From assembly GCF_006345805.1 (NCBI RefSeq), contig NC_043002.1:10974001-11038000 (forward strand): a DNA stretch of 64,000 nucleotides. The letters are read 5' to 3'. Origin of the DNA: Octopus sinensis. Lineage: Eukaryota. This document shows, piece after piece, positions 10,867 to 24,572 of the stretch. The position numbers were made by a program, and so were the translations under genes. The stretch's first letter is position 1; the number at the start of each line of letters is the position of its first letter. Below the pieces are notes generated by a model that saw nothing but the letters and a program-made list of their open reading frames with translations, made no database searches and was not told where the DNA came from.

Positions 10867-11813
10867 GTGTCTGTGTAGACACATAGATCTGCACTCGCAC
10901 TGGAAAATCTAATTTTTCCGATGGAAGTTCATTTACGGTGAAGGTGAAAGAGGGGTGAGATAAAAGGGAGAAAGAGAGAGAATTGGGAGAGTAACTATGT
11001 TTTAAATACACAAGGAAAACTTATACCACTTCTCTAGTATACATTACAAAATAAAGCAGAAGAATACCAATATAATACCATATATGTTTTCTTGAATGTT
11101 TTCTCTATTAATGGCTATTTTCCACACTACACTTTGCCTTCTCTAGGATATATTCTCTGATATATTGTCGCCACGAGAAATCAGTGAAACATAAACACAT
11201 GTTTATTTATTTACTACCTTCTCATATTTTTTAACTGACATCGGCAGATTCTTTACTGAGTTTGCTACAAGCGATATACGAAGAAGCCATTTTGCTCAGA
11301 TTTATCTTCAACAAATTGTGAATAGAAGTATGTAGCAACGAACCATAATTTGTTTTGCTAGCCGTCAAATTCGATAACAGCTGTATCATCTTATGAAACC
11401 ATAAATATGTTGATAACAGTAAGTGATGATGTTGTATACTAGTAAACAATGTATATACAACACTTAACTCTCCGTTCCATCCCGCATCAAGTTATCAACT
11501 AATAGCAACAGACTGTTTTAACTCTTACCCGAGGCAGTTTATATATGTCGTTAAAACCACCGATAAAATAAAAAAAAAGGATAATTCGTAAATCCTTTAA
11601 GAAGCGAGATTAATATGAAAGTAAACTTCACTACTATGACCTCCGGCATTGCTATTTTCAGAGATCGATAAGCGATGAACAGAAACTCAGGGGACGTGCT
11701 TTCTTCTTATTTCCCCTTTGTTTCACAAATAAAACAAATCAATACCGAATAATAATGATAATAATAAATATAACTGTAAGGTAAATCGTTCAAACATTTC
11801 GTGCAAACATTTG

Positions 11814-11867
<54 letters not shown>

Positions 11868-11987
11868 GGATGCACGGACGCACGTACACGCCTTGAATCA
11901 ATGAAGATACTTCTACGCAGTCGCTACTTCTGCTAGAAATAAAAGTCAAATTTCCTTAAGGTCGTAATCTATTGTCTTAAAGCATGA

Positions 11988-12110
11988 AGGTGCGAGACCA
12001 AGTGGTTAACTTGTTGCACTCACAATCGAGAGATTTTAATTGTGATTTCGAGGCCGAGCGGTGCATTATGTTCTTGAGTAAGACATTTCTTTTCACGTTG
12101 CCCCGCGATC
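11988..12110 (+). mobile_element. Decayed SINE family D head
   Basis: A-box-like agtggttaa and tgttcttgagtaagacattt motif shared with 43880-44095, 26035-26130 and 14750-14890. Confidence 0.5.
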
Positions 12111-12213
12111 GTTTCCAGATCTAACGTGCGGTACCCCGTGTGCGTGTACAGGCAGTGTTTGATTGAGGGATGGAGTTCATGTACAGTCCAAGCATTTGGT
12201 CATTATAAACATA

Positions 12214-12575
12214 GGCGCAGGAGTGGCTGTGTGGTAAGTAGCTTGCTTACCAACCGCATGGTTCTGGGTTCGGTCGCCACTGCGTCGCACCTTGGGCAAG
12301 TGTTTTCAAAGCCTTGTGAGTAGATTTGTAGACGGAAACGGGAAGAAGCCCGTCGTATGTGTGTGTTTGCGTTTGTTCTCCCCACTACCATCACTTGATA
12401 ACTGATGCTGGTATGTTTACTTCCCCGTAACTTAGTGGTTCGGCAAAAGTGATCGGTAGAATATGTACTAAGCTTACAAAGTATAAGTCCTGGCGCCGAT
12501 TTGTTCGACTAAGGGCGGTACTCCAAGATGGCCGCAGTTAAATGGCTGAAACAAATAAAAGACTAAAAATGAGTT
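12214..12575 (+). mobile_element. SINE family C
   Basis: Head, ccttgggcaag box and tail as in 1145-1560, with an internal deletion. Confidence 0.85.
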
Positions 12576-12684
12576 GAAGAGTAAATAATCTGGGCTGCTT
12601 CTCCGACAAGAAATTGCAGAACACTTATCGGTAATTTTGGACAGGAGCGTCCACCATTGACAGACGAAATACATATTTCTTTAC

Positions 12685-12900
12685 TACCCACAAGGGGCTA
12701 AACACAGAGAGGACAAACAAGGACAGACAAACGGATTAAGTCGATGATATCGACGCCAGTGCGTAACTGGTACTTATTTAAACGACCCCGAAAGGATGAA
12801 AGGCAAAGTCGACCTCGGCGGAATTTGAACTCAGAACATAACGGCAGACGAAATACCGCTAAGCATTTCGCCCGGCGTGCTAACATCTCTGCCAGCTCGC
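12685..12900 (-). mobile_element. SINE family A
   Basis: Reverse complement of 5228-5458. Confidence 0.9.
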
Positions 12901-13104
12901 TGCAAACCACACATCTTGGTCATCTTCATCCATTATCTCTTCAATTTATATTACACTGAATCCTCTGAAATAGGTTATTTGTGCATATATAGAATCGGCT
13001 CTCTTTAACACATACCTATTTCACATGGGTTTCAACAAAAATGATGTCCAATGACCCTAGTTCAATATTCTCGTTTTTTAACCTCTCTCTCTCTCTCTCT
13101 CTCT

Positions 13105-13312
13105 CTCTTTTTACTTGTTTCAGTCATTTGACTGTGGCCATGCTGGTGCATCGCCTTTAGTCGAGCAAATCGATCCCTTGGACTTATTCTTTGTAAGCCT
13201 AGTACTTATTCTATCGGTCTCTTTGTGCCGAACCGCTAAGTGACGGGGACGTAAACACACCAGCATCGGTTGTCAAGCGATTTTGGGGAGGACAAACACA
13301 GACACACAAACT

Positions 13313-13360
<48 letters not shown>

Positions 13361-13405
13361 CGACGGGCTTCTTTCAGTTACCGTCTACCAAATCCACTCA
13401 CAAGG
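13105..13405 (-). mobile_element. SINE family C, 5'-truncated
   Basis: Tail and central part, reverse complement. Confidence 0.8.
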
Positions 13406-13479
13406 CCAGGTGGTTAGGGTGTTGCTCTCACGATTGCCAGATCGTGGTTTCGATTCTCGGACCAGTCCTGAACAAAACA

Positions 13480-13975
13480 TTTGGTTGTCCGGAAAGTTCG
13501 TGCCGATTATTAAAAGAAAGAAAAAGGTCAATAAATATTTGCCATTACATTTTTAATCAACCAAATATGAACCATTTTGTTGCACAATGCGTCTCCATCT
13601 TTCCTTTAACTTGAAAATACCCTCTCCCCAGAATTGAGGTGGTTTCATGGCAAAGAATTCATCAAGGTATCTTTTTACATCATCCAAGGAATTGACATTT
13701 TTACCATTAAGACTATTCTGCAGAGACCTGAATAAGTGGAAATCCAGAGGAACAATATCTGGTGAATATGGAGGGTGGAGTATCACATCCAAGCCGAGCT
13801 GCAGCAATTTTTGTCTGTTTCCCAAGGCATCAAGTGCTGAAAATGAACATGCTTATCTTAAACTGTGCTCTAAATGGAGGTGTAGTCAAATCCTATTTTA
13901 TGGACTCAACCATGTTCTAAAATAAGTCGAAAGGTAAGCTACTATAAATCGGCATGAACTTTCCGGACAACCCAA
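13480..13975 (-). mobile_element. Internally deleted mariner transposon
   Basis: TIRs ttggttgtccggaaagttcgtgccgatt / aatcggcatgaactttccggacaacccaa(ta); ORF remnant 13553-13825 HPPYSPDIVPLDFHLFRSLQNSL..GIFKLKERWRRIVQQNGSY. Confidence 0.92.
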
Positions 13976-14299
13976 TATTTCATTTGATGTGTTGCTGCAG
14001 TCTATTCTGCTGTGAATGAGTAACCCTGTGGTGGACTGGTGTGCCGTTCAGGGAGTGTGCTGTGTTCAGTAGGGAGTGTTGTTACGCGATGGAAACTGAG
14101 TAACCAACCCTGTGACTCCCTAGCAATCGAGGTAATACTTACTTACTTTACTTCTATTTAGTTTCGCTCGTCCCACTTACCTCTTCGCTTCTCTTTATCC
14201 TTGCTGTGTCTCACCTCGCACCCTCCATCCTGAACATTTCGCGCCGTCCTTCCTTCTCAGATCCGTAATCCACAGCAGCAACACCGACCAAGGAATAAT

Positions 14300-14500
14300 G
14301 GATTCAAATTCTGGTACAAGGCTAGCGATTTCGGAAGAAGGGTAAGTCGATTACATCGACCCCAGTGCGTAACTGGTACTTATTTTATCGAGTTCAGAAA
14401 GGATGAAAGGTAAAGTCGACCTCGGCGGAATTTGAAGTCAAAATGTAAATGCCGCTTAGCATTTTTCCCGGTGTACTAACGATTCTTTCAGCTCGCTGCC
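14300..14500 (-). mobile_element. SINE family A, diverged
   Basis: Core gaaaggatgaaaggtaaagtcgacctcggcggaatttga plus decayed head. Confidence 0.75.
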
Positions 14501-15774
14501 TTTCGATTGAGGATTAATGCGATCGATACATATCTAGAGATATCAATATTACAGACGGTCAGCTCCATACTCCCACTGCATTCTATATTTTCCTAATTTT
14601 AATAACTAGATTTCCGTTTCTAACCTCGCTTATGGTCATGAATGTTGGGTTATGATCGAAAGAGTACGCTCGCAAATACAAGGGTCTGAAATGGGGTCCC
14701 TTCAAAGGGTCGCTTCCATATCGTATACGTGTCTAAGACTACAACACTGCCCCTGAACGGGACGTCAGTCCAACCCATAGTTCTTTATGGACTGGAACAG
14801 CACAAAATGAAGTGTTTTGCTCAAGAACATAACTCACCGCCAGTTTCGGGATTAGAAACAACAATCTTGATAGCAACATCCAATCACTAAGACGCGTGCC
14901 TTTTAACCTTCTAGTAGGTCAATAAAGTAAGTACTAATGAACAATTTCCAATAGGAACACTTGTACTAAGGGAAATTAGTTTTCTTTGACTGAAGAAATT
15001 AGCTGATCTTAAGATTGAAATGCATTCTGTGTATACAAAACCCACAACGGGTCTTTGATTCTCTGTGGGAACTCTTTCCTTTCATTTATGGCACTAATAT
15101 CCCTAAAATAAACATGGGTATCATTCGCCTTGTTTCTACTCCTTTACAAATAACATGTTTCGAATTTATTTTTAACTGTCACACAATTTCGAAGTTCAAA
15201 TTATTATTTAGAAAATGGTAGTATTGACAGTTACTTTCACCACATCAGTTGCCAGCCTCCAGCTAGCCATCCACTGTCGCTCCCACTATGACCTCTGCAG
15301 CCACTGACAATACCAGAGGTTCTCAGCCATTTTTGATCTATGGAGCCCTTTGATTACCATTTTATTCTGAGCAACCCTCATAACCATTAGATGTTTAAAA
15401 ACTAGTTTTATAAAATCTCTTTCAAAAATACTTATTTTGTTTTTCACACATTAACTTGGATAGGTTGTATTATGTAAAATGTAACATGTTAGAGAAAGAA
15501 ACCTGGTTGTTTCTTGCAATATATACCAATACATACATCTAAAGCAAAGTTTTTCTGGGCCCTTAAAATGCTTTGTGGATCCCCACTTTACTATTTTGTT
15601 ATTTGAACCCCCAAAAATCTTACATCGATCCTCGGAGAACCTTTGGACTTCACCATTTGAGGAATAGCTGCTGCTACTAAATTCGCCCAATGCTACCATC
15701 GCCATTGACACCGTCACTACAAGGTTACTCACGCAACTGCGATCAACATGGCCGGTATTGTATTGACTCACTAC

Positions 15775-15998
15775 GGCGGCGAGCTGGTAGAAACGTTAAC
15801 GCGCCGAGCGAAATGCTTATTGGTCTGTCGTTACGTTCTGAGTTCAAATTCCACCGAGGTCGACTTTGCCTTGCATCCTTTCGGGGACGATAAGTAAAGT
15901 ACCAGTTTCGCACTGGGGTCGATGTAATCGACTTAATCCCTTTGTCTGTCCTTGTTTGTCCCCTCTATGTTTAGCCCCTTGTGGGTAGTAAAGAAATA
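15775..15998 (+). mobile_element. SINE family A
   Basis: Full head, core and tail 1. Confidence 0.9.
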
Positions 15999-16699
15999 TA
16001 TTGTACAGACTCACACGGTTTTTTAAAATTCAGTCCGATACTGGGGATGGGCCATTGTGCCTAAAATTAATGAAGGTTACTAAACATTTCTTTTTTGCTT
16101 TTTAAGACAGCCTCTGTACTTTGTCATTTTAATATATTATTACGAAGTTCAAATCCACCTCATGCAATGATACGATATTTGGCCCTTGATACTGAGTTAC
16201 AGAGTAGACGAGTTTATCTGCTAAAAGATATCTTTAATACTTAAAGATATCTCTAATACCGTATTTACGCATTGTATGTAGTGTAATCATTTTATGCAAT
16301 AATTTCGGAAAATGATGACCGCAAGATTATAAAAATAGCAACTGCAATACATACAAATAGTATTTTTTAAAAAAACCATGATAGCTGGGAGATATGTGTC
16401 AGAGGAACTAATTCCTGCATTACTGAAGAAAGAAGACAGGGGTGCGGTGGGAGTATACAACTCAAATAGAATTTAGATAAGAAACGTATTTATCTTATTT
16501 ATATAGCAAAAAAACAACAAAAATTCAGAAAGAAATTATTCCTGAACTTTAGTGAGAAACTTAACTTTGCACATTTTTTTTCACAAGGCTTCAATATTTT
16601 TTGAGTTGCAATTCGTAAATTGTTTCCAAGATTATTATCTGTTAATATAGTTCTTGATTTTAACTTTAACATTTCCATTCGGGAATAAAGTTGTTCATA

Positions 16700-16862
16700 T
16701 TTATAAGGCCTCTACGACGGTGGAGTTTACGGTTTCAGGAGGACGATTGGGATCACCTGGATGAGAAAGGCGCAGACCAGAGAGGAGTGGACTGCGTGCT
16801 GTGACCAGCGGTGTCAAATGGACGCCCGACGGACTGGTCGGTCAAGGTGATCAAGGTGACAT
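16700..16862 (+). mobile_element. RTE-type LINE 3' end fragment
   Basis: RTIGITWMRKAQTREEWTACCDQR..* followed by a (tcaaggtga)2 tail. Confidence 0.6.
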
Positions 16863-17598
16863 TTATAAGTGCTGCTAAATATAGTGACATATTATGTTCG
16901 AATGAATCAGCACAGTTTTGGTCTTTAGGGAAAGTCCAATAAAACTATGACAGAGACCCATTCACCTTAAAAGGTTTGCCAAGGCATTTCACCACTCCGA
17001 AGTTCTATTATTTCCATTGACAGTTCCTTCGTGGGGAATTAAATGGGTGAAAATCGCCCGCGTTGAAATCATTCAATCAGCTGCTCCGTTCTTTTGACAA
17101 ATACTTTAATTCATTATCATAAATAATGTATTCAGGTGTCTCGAGTGAATGAAGGCATTATTTATGCTGATGTTGGAAAGTGGTAAATGGAATATATCAC
17201 CACTTCTGAACTGATTCTCTCTCAAATTTGAAGTTTCATTTTAGAAGTTTTGATATGAGAACATATTTCTTAAATTAACTGGAGAATTCTCTTCGACAGC
17301 ATTGAAATAATACTGTATTTAAACAGATGGTAATATCAGTTATTATCTGACTTTCAGTAAGGAGATGTGATGATACACCAGACAAAGTGCTTAACAGCCT
17401 TTTCCCCGGCTCTTTACGTTGCAAGTTTAATTTTCGCCGAGGTCGCTTTTTCCTTTCCAGTTGAACACTGGGATTCATGCAACTGACCCCTCTCTTTCTC
17501 CGAAATTTCAGGCCCTATCCTCGATAGCATAAAGGGTTATTCTGCATTTCAGTGAATAATTTATTGTTCATTTCCGACTAATTTATCGTTCATTTTAA

Positions 17599-17828
17599 GG
17601 CGGCAAGTTGGCAGAAACGTTAGCACGCCAGGCGAAATGCTTAGCCGTATTTCGTCTGCCGTGCCGTTCTGAGTTCAAATTCCGCCGAGGTCGTCTTTGC
17701 TTTTATCCTTTCGGGGTCGATAAATTAAGTACCAGTTACGCACTGGGGTCGATGTAATCGACTTAATCCATCTGTCTGTCCTTGTTTGTTCCCTCTGTGT
17801 TTAGCCCCTTGTGGGTAGTAAAGAAATA
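17599..17828 (+). mobile_element. SINE family A
   Basis: Full copy; tattgttcatttccga repeated on both sides. Confidence 0.9.
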
Positions 17829-18773
17829 TATTGTTCATTTCCGAAAATGCATCAACTTTCTCAGAGACTATAAAATGTTCTCATATCTTTCTCCAACCGT
17901 AACCAACATGTAGTGTGATAGTATACCCATCATCAAACACAGATTTAGGTTTCCAGCAAAACTATTTCTAAACTGGTCATGGTTAAGTGCTTGCAATCTT
18001 TTGAAATTGATACTTGCATTAACAATGACATGTAAGATATTTTTCGATATTTCTTGAGTTTTTTTTTTTTTTCAGATTTTGCACATGAAAACTTCTGAGT
18101 GAACTTTGCCATGTAGTATGAAAAGTTATTGCATGTCGAATTTAGATAAACTAATTTTGATTGTAATTTAGCAAGAGACCTATCTTAATCATTGCTGTTT
18201 TGGTAATATCTGTAGATACACTGACATGCTTTTCTAAGAAGAGATTAAACGTTTTATTATTGTGTTTTGCTTGCACCTCCACAGATGTTTCCTCTAACGA
18301 TATCTTTCGTTGTTTGATTACGAAATATTTCTTCTTGTAACATTAAAGGCCTTATCAACATCATGTATAAAATTGCAAGTTCAGCTGTATCAGATATATC
18401 AGTACTTTTATCGATAACCAGTAAAAATAAACGGAATTCTAATGAATTTTCTTCTCATAAAACTTTGATATCACTTGCAATTTTTTTAACAGATATTTAT
18501 TGTTGTTATGTTTAGAGATAAGCTAATCTTTTCAAACATTTTTAACTACTCCGAGCACGAAATTTTAAAAACTAACAGAAAGCATTCGTTCACAAATTTA
18601 TTGTCAGAATAATAATATTGTCACGAATTTATTGTCAGAATAGTTAACAACTTATTTGCTAAAACATAACTTACGAGTTACTTTCTCTGAGTGCGTTTTT
18701 TTTTTCCAGAAAAGAATGTATTTAGGTGGCCAATCACGGATCTTTCATGTTCCAATTTTAAGCTTTCTATATA

Positions 18774-19510
18774 CAGGGGGATTGAAAAGTAACTCCCTAT
18801 TTTAAAATACTTATAATTTATTAACTATAATTTTTAGAAAAAATGAATATGTAAAGAAAGTGTATAGCATGGAATTTTATATAATATTTTATATATAATT
18901 TGATATAGGCATCAGCATTCACCACCAGCTTCTGAAGCCGCCTGGGAACCACATCAACTGATTTCATCAGGAAGTCTTGTGGAGTGAAAGACATAACTTC
19001 TCGTATTCACCCTTAAAGTTCTTCCAAAGTCATTGGTTTGGTAGAGAAGACTTTCTCCTTTAACCAACCCCAAAGAAAACAGTCGCAGGGTGTTAAATCA
19101 GGGCTTCTGGCCAGCCAGTCATGTGGACCTCGATAAATTGGAGGGACGACCATTTCAAGTATCAGTTACAAATCCTGTATTCATGAACTTTGCATGGCAA
19201 TTCTTGACTATCTTTGCATCAACTTGAGCATGTCTTCCTCTAATGGTCCTCCACCATCTTTGCACTTGAACAACTGATCTCCAAACTTCGTAATGTGCAG
19301 CTAGCTGGGTACACTCCTGCACAGTAAGACATCCAGCTGTATTTGTAGGGCTTCTAAATTTCAAACAAAATAATCAATCTGAAAAAAAAAACAATATGGA
19401 ATCAATTCCTATACATTAAAGAACATACACAACAAATTTGAGAAAACAATTATAGTTAATAAATAAATTATAAGCATTTTAAAATAGGGAGTTACTTTCC
19501 AATCACCCTG
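18774..19510 (-). mobile_element. Internally deleted Tc1/mariner-superfamily element (maT/rosa-like)
   Basis: TA TSD; TIRs cagggggattgaaaagtaactccctattttaaaat / attttaaaatagggagttactttccaatcaccctg; N-terminal remnant SVVQVQRWWR..KFMNTGFVTD joined to WLARSPDLTPCDCFLWGWLKEKVF. Confidence 0.9.
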
Positions 19511-19866
19511 TATATTCTAAATTTTGCCTTCTTGTATTTAAGTTGCAAGACTCTGATGTAGTATCTTGGAAGGGTTATTTAGCCCATAATAAACAAGGGC
19601 GCTGGTTCTGTTTTACTCTTTTTTTTTTATCACTCGTCAATTGGTCACAGGACATGTCATCGTAGAGGGCGCGAATGGCGACGAGGATACCGATAAACGA
19701 TCGACCTAGTCAAACATAGTTAATTGGTAAAAACCTTAATTAGTTGACGAATAATACAGGTGTGAATTAGAACCAGTACCTGTGGTTTTTTTTTTGTTAG
19801 CTCAGTCATTCGACTAGTTTAAAATAGCAGCCAACGATCCCTCAAGTCATATCCAACTTTCTTTAA

Positions 19867-20085
19867 CCCTTTAGTATTTAAACTGGCCATATCCGGCCAA
19901 AATATTTAATCTGTTTTATGTTCAAACTGACCAGATCCAGGCTCTCACACCTACCCTACAATGTGATTCTATATTAAGTAATTGCACCATCAAGATCTTG
20001 AAGATATGAGATAATGCATGATTAATTCAAATCAATGGGAATCAATAAGCATTATGTTTGATTGAATAATCTGAACACTAAAGGG
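19867..20085. mobile_element. piggyBac-like MITE
   Basis: TTAA-ccctttagt...actaaaggg-TTAA. Confidence 0.8.
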
Positions 20086-20204
20086 TTAAAAGAAATGATA
20101 CAATGGACAGTGATTGATTTGAAGGATAAGTAACATCATAGTCAATGATGTTTTCGTGCATTTGTAGAGAACAATGCTCCGTAAGATTTTTTTCCATTTT
20201 ACTC

Positions 20205-20362
20205 TTTTACTTGTTTCAGTCATTTGTAACTGGTACTTATTTAATCGACCCCGAAAGGATGAAAGGCAAAGTCGACCTCGGTGTAATTCGAACTCAGAAC
20301 GTAGCGGCAGACGAAATACCGCTAAGCATTTCGCCCGGTGTGCTAACGTTTCTGTCAGCTCA
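20205..20362 (-). mobile_element. SINE family A head/core joined to a family C-like tail
   Basis: tttactcttttacttgtttcagtcatt followed by family A core and head. Confidence 0.7.
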
Positions 20363-21727
20363 CCACAGTCACTATACTCGACGTTTCCCCTTCACAAATG
20401 TTCGGCCGTGGGAAAATATAAGCGGGAGTTCCAGGCAACTAGTGATGCACTGAGTTAGAGAAATGAAAACCAGTTCATAGGTTTCGTAAAGTTTTAAAAG
20501 TTCCTAAATCGATAAGAGAGTTTCTCAGTTCAAGAATTTCTGAAGTCTATTTTTGAAGAGGAGTTATGAGCTCGAAACATTACGACTCCTCTTGTCTCGC
20601 ATGTCGCACAAAATAAGCGATGCTTTTCTCAAATCTAAGTGAACTGCACTGTTGAAAGTCGTATTTCATTGCCTGCAAAATACTGTAATAGTGCTACTGG
20701 TAATGGGAATGCGAACCGTTCATTCGCCGGTCAGTAAGCCAGTATGCTATCACTCTAAATGTACCTATTTTCTTATATATATATAAATGAAATCGTTATA
20801 TAAACATCTGAGTTGAAGCCATGATGTAAACAACTAGCTGCACTTGATGAACGGCGAGACAGCTTGAGCTCAACAATGACTTCTCTGAAATAGAGCCAAT
20901 GGTAGCTTCGATATGAAACTATAGAGAGCAATAAATAGAAAGGGCGAGTGTGTGTATGGGAGAATGTGTGTGTGTATGTGTGAGTATATTTCCTGAGTAA
21001 TAATAGTAGCAATCATTCAACCGTACACTCGGAGGTAGAGCTTCATTTTAAATATATAAGGAGAGAAAAAAGTAATAGAAAGGACTTCATCATCTTTGGT
21101 ATTTTGGGAAGCAATCATTAAAGATTTTATCGATACATAACTTTGCATAATCGATGTTCTTAGTGGTAATTTTTGAGAGGGGAAAGTAAAAAAAAATGAA
21201 GGTAACGTTATAAGAAAATTGATTTTTCTCTCTGTCTATTAACAGATACTTGAGACAAACACTGCTATTTTAGAGTTGTCACTCTGCCAAGTCTATGTCG
21301 AGAAGCCTTTTGTTTAAACAGATCTCTATTTTCAATGAACTAGAGAATACAGAATCTGCAACATGCAAAATTAATGTGAATGAAATCGTCAAATCACAAG
21401 AACATTATTCCTTTTATTTAAATCATTTTATCTTTGGTTACTTATTTGCGGCTCAAATATACGTGTAATTAGCATAAAACTATGCAGATTAGCGCAATGT
21501 AAAGAAGTTGAATATATATTTACTGGGATAGTAACAACAATTGGCAGACTGTATTGACAAGAATCGGATTGGAAATAAAAGACAAGTTTGTGCATGCTGT
21601 CGTTGTTTAGAGCCAAATCAACCCCGACAGAGCAGATGTAAGATGGCCAAAGTCATTCTAATTATAAAGAACGAAGCATTTTCTCAGGCATTGCGTATTT
21701 ACGGCTATATTATTCAGTGCGGCCTAA

Positions 21728-22153
21728 GGCGGCAAGCTGGCAGAGACGTTAACTCGCCGGGCGAAAAGCTTAGCAGTATTTCGGCTGCCGTTACGTTGTG
21801 AGTTCAAATTCCGCCGAGGTCGAATTTGCCTTTCATCCTTTCGGGGTCGATAAATTAAGTACCAGTTACGCACTGGGGTCGATGGAATCGACTTAATACC
21901 TATGTCTGTCCTTGTTTGTCCCATCTATGTTTAGCCCCTTGTGGGTAATAAAGAAATAGGTATTTCGTCTGCCTCTGCGTTCTGAGTTCAAATTCCGCCG
22001 AGGTCGACTTTGCCTTTCATCCTTCCGGGGTCGATAAATTAAGTACCAGTTACGCACTGGGGTCGATGTAATCGACTTAATCCGTTTGTCTGTCCTTGTT
22101 TGTCCTCTCTGTGTTTAGCCCCTTGTGGGCAATAAAGAAATAGGTATTTCGTC
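21728..22153 (+). mobile_element. SINE family A dimer plus the start of a third unit
   Basis: Junction aaagaaata|ggtatttcgtctg at ~21958 and again at ~22142. Confidence 0.9.
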
Positions 22154-22154
22154 T

Positions 22155-23265
22155 GTCTGTTACTGAAAATTTATTGTTGGAGTGTGTTCGCAAGTTTCTG
22201 TTAATTGTTATATCTCTTGTTGTGCCCATTGTTGGACTTATTGTTTAAAAATTGTATTATAGTTTTCTTTCAAAAGCTATCTGTAGTTTTCCCCTGTGGG
22301 GGGAAACATCAATTGCCGGCAAGTTGCCGAAAAGTTTGTCTTCGTCGGATGATGAATCATCGACTGAGTGGGAAGCAAGGAAAATAGAAAGTTTAATTTT
22401 TGATGACGTTTCTGATGTGACGGGAAGTGAATTCCCTGCTTTACCAAAAGTTACGAATGCCAAAATAAATATAGAAGCAAAGACCATCCAAAACGAAGAA
22501 AGAAAAAGTTTTGCGTCAGCAGTTGGTAGTGGAACGCGACAGCTTTCAACTGACAAAAAAGAATTACTAAAATACAAGGAAACGATAACAGAACGAAATG
22601 GAGTAGTAAAAGTGGAAATACCAGAAGAAGAATTAACGGAGGAAAAAAGGAAAAATTATTATTTTTAAGACATTCTGCTTAAAAGCTCGAAAAATTGATA
22701 TGTGAGCAAAAAATTTTGGAGCCATCGTGGTGACGTTCAAGAACGCAGAAACGGCGCAAAAACACTCGGTAAAGTCGGAATACACAATGTTAATCCCAAT
22801 TTACGTGGGAATGAGAACATCTAAGGTTAGAATACCAAGAATTCCACCCTGAGTAAACCCCATGTGCTTGATGGCATCAGTCTTGTCAAACAGAAAAGAT
22901 AATATTAACGTCCTGCAGAGAATACATATTGGACTGGTCAAAAGCTCAACCTCAAACTGCAGGTTGACCAAAACTAGAACAGCTCCCAGAAATCGTAGAA
23001 GTAGGGGAGGACGTTCTAGATATTTTTGTTGAAGGGCGTAAGCCCCGATGTTTCCAGTGTGGCCAACTGGGTCACATTAAAAATATTGTAAAGAAGGTGA
23101 AGAAGAATCAGACGGTGTGGAGGAAGAAAGAGAGGGAGAAACTGAAGGAAAAATAAACAAAAGGAAAATGGAAGGCTCGAACCAGAAAAAGCAGAGCGAG
23201 CCGAGACCCCCCAAAAAACCCAGCCTAGAGAGAGAGACCGAGGATGGCGGAGAGGGTGACGAACA
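22155..23265 (+). pseudogene. Decayed ORF1 (gag-like zinc knuckle) of a non-LTR retrotransposon
   Basis: ORF 22252-22668, then frameshifted FGAIVVTFKNAETAQKHS..LIPIYVGMRTSKVRIPRIP and DVLDIFVEGRKPRCFQCGQLGHIK(fs)YC (CCHC). Confidence 0.75.
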
Positions 23266-23271
23266 GAGGAA

Positions 23272-23505
23272 TATATTTCTTTATTGCCCACAAGGGGCTA
23301 AACATAGAGGGGACAAACAAGGACAGACAAAGGTATTAGGTCGATTACATCGACCTCAGTGCGTAACTGGTTCTTTATTTGTCGACCCCGAAAGGATGAA
23401 AGGTAAAGTCGACCTCGGCGGAATTTGAACTCAGAATGTAACGGCAGACGAAATACTGCTAAGCATTTCGCCCAGCGTGCTAACGTTTCTGCCAGCTCGC
23501 CGTCC
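23272..23505 (-). mobile_element. SINE family A
   Basis: Full copy, reverse complement. Confidence 0.9.
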
Positions 23506-23757
23506 TATTCGCATCCATATATATTAACAGTTTAAATCTTAATTACCTAAAAAAAGAAACCCTCATGCTATGTTAATTTAGTTAATTGCAAGATAGAAAT
23601 TTAAATGTAATAAAATGTTTTAAAAGAAAATGTAAAGTGCCTACGTGATAACTGTAAACCTACTTTTTGGCCACCCTGTATACCTACGGATGCAATGGGA
23701 GACATACCGGCACTTGCATGGTTGGATAACCTGTCCCACATCATTCTCTAAATACAT

Positions 23758-23955
23758 ATTTCTTTACTACCCACAAGGGGCTAAACACAGAGAGACCAAA
23801 CACGGACATACAAACGGATTAAGTCGATTATATCGACTCCAGTGCGTAACTGGCACTTAATTTATCGACCTCGAAAGGATGAAAGGCAAAGTCGACCTCG
23901 TCGGAATTTAAACTCAGAACGTAGCGGCAGACGTAATACTGCTAAGCATTTCGTC
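23758..23955 (-). mobile_element. SINE family A, 5'-truncated
   Basis: Tail and core; head cut at aagcatttcg. Confidence 0.85.
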
Positions 23956-24182
23956 TGTCTGTTACTGAAAATTTATTGTTTGAGTGTGTTCGTAAGTTTC
24001 TGTTAATTGTTATATCTCTTGTTGTGCCTATTGTTGGACTTATTGTTTAAAAATTGTATTATAGTTTTCTTTCGAAAGCTATCTGTGGTTTTCCCCTGTG
24101 GGGGGAAACATCAATTGCCGGCAAGATGCCGAAAAGTGGGTCTTCGTCGGGTGATGAATCATCGACTGAGTGGGAAGCACGA
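23949..24182 (+). repeat. Duplicate of the ORF1-element 5' region (22143-22380)
   Basis: Direct, moderately diverged copy; ORF-track entries 22205 and 24007 are paralogous. Confidence 0.85.
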
Positions 24183-24572
24183 GCGCCTTACATCATTCTC
24201 TGAATACCACTACATTTAATTAGCTCTGTTGTAAAGCTCATGGCCTTTGAAGCTATTTTGGAAAAAAAAAACAATTAGTAACAACCACTACTGCTCCATG
24301 CAATGGACTTGAACCATTGCTTCTTCTCACTCTCCTAGTTTACTGATATTTTATAATAGGTCCACTAATTCCAAGCAGTCGACGGAGTTTCTCTTTTTAG
24401 TAAATACACTACAGATGCACACGTTTTTATATCTGGTAAGCACGTGCTTTACTATACGTCACTAAGGAGGTCTTAATAACAGCGACTTATGCCGTTGGTC
24501 GTCACTGTACTCACTAAACATCAAACCCAGAGTACATTGCATATCTCCATTCAAGTTTTAGTCAAATTAAAG

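Noticed and set aside
20545-20590. Hammerhead-like UUGAAGA..gagt/gctc..GAAAC
   Set aside because: Core C3 mutated and no convincing stem I. Similar decayed motifs at ~51772-51800 and ~33280-33317 (minus) were also left uncalled.
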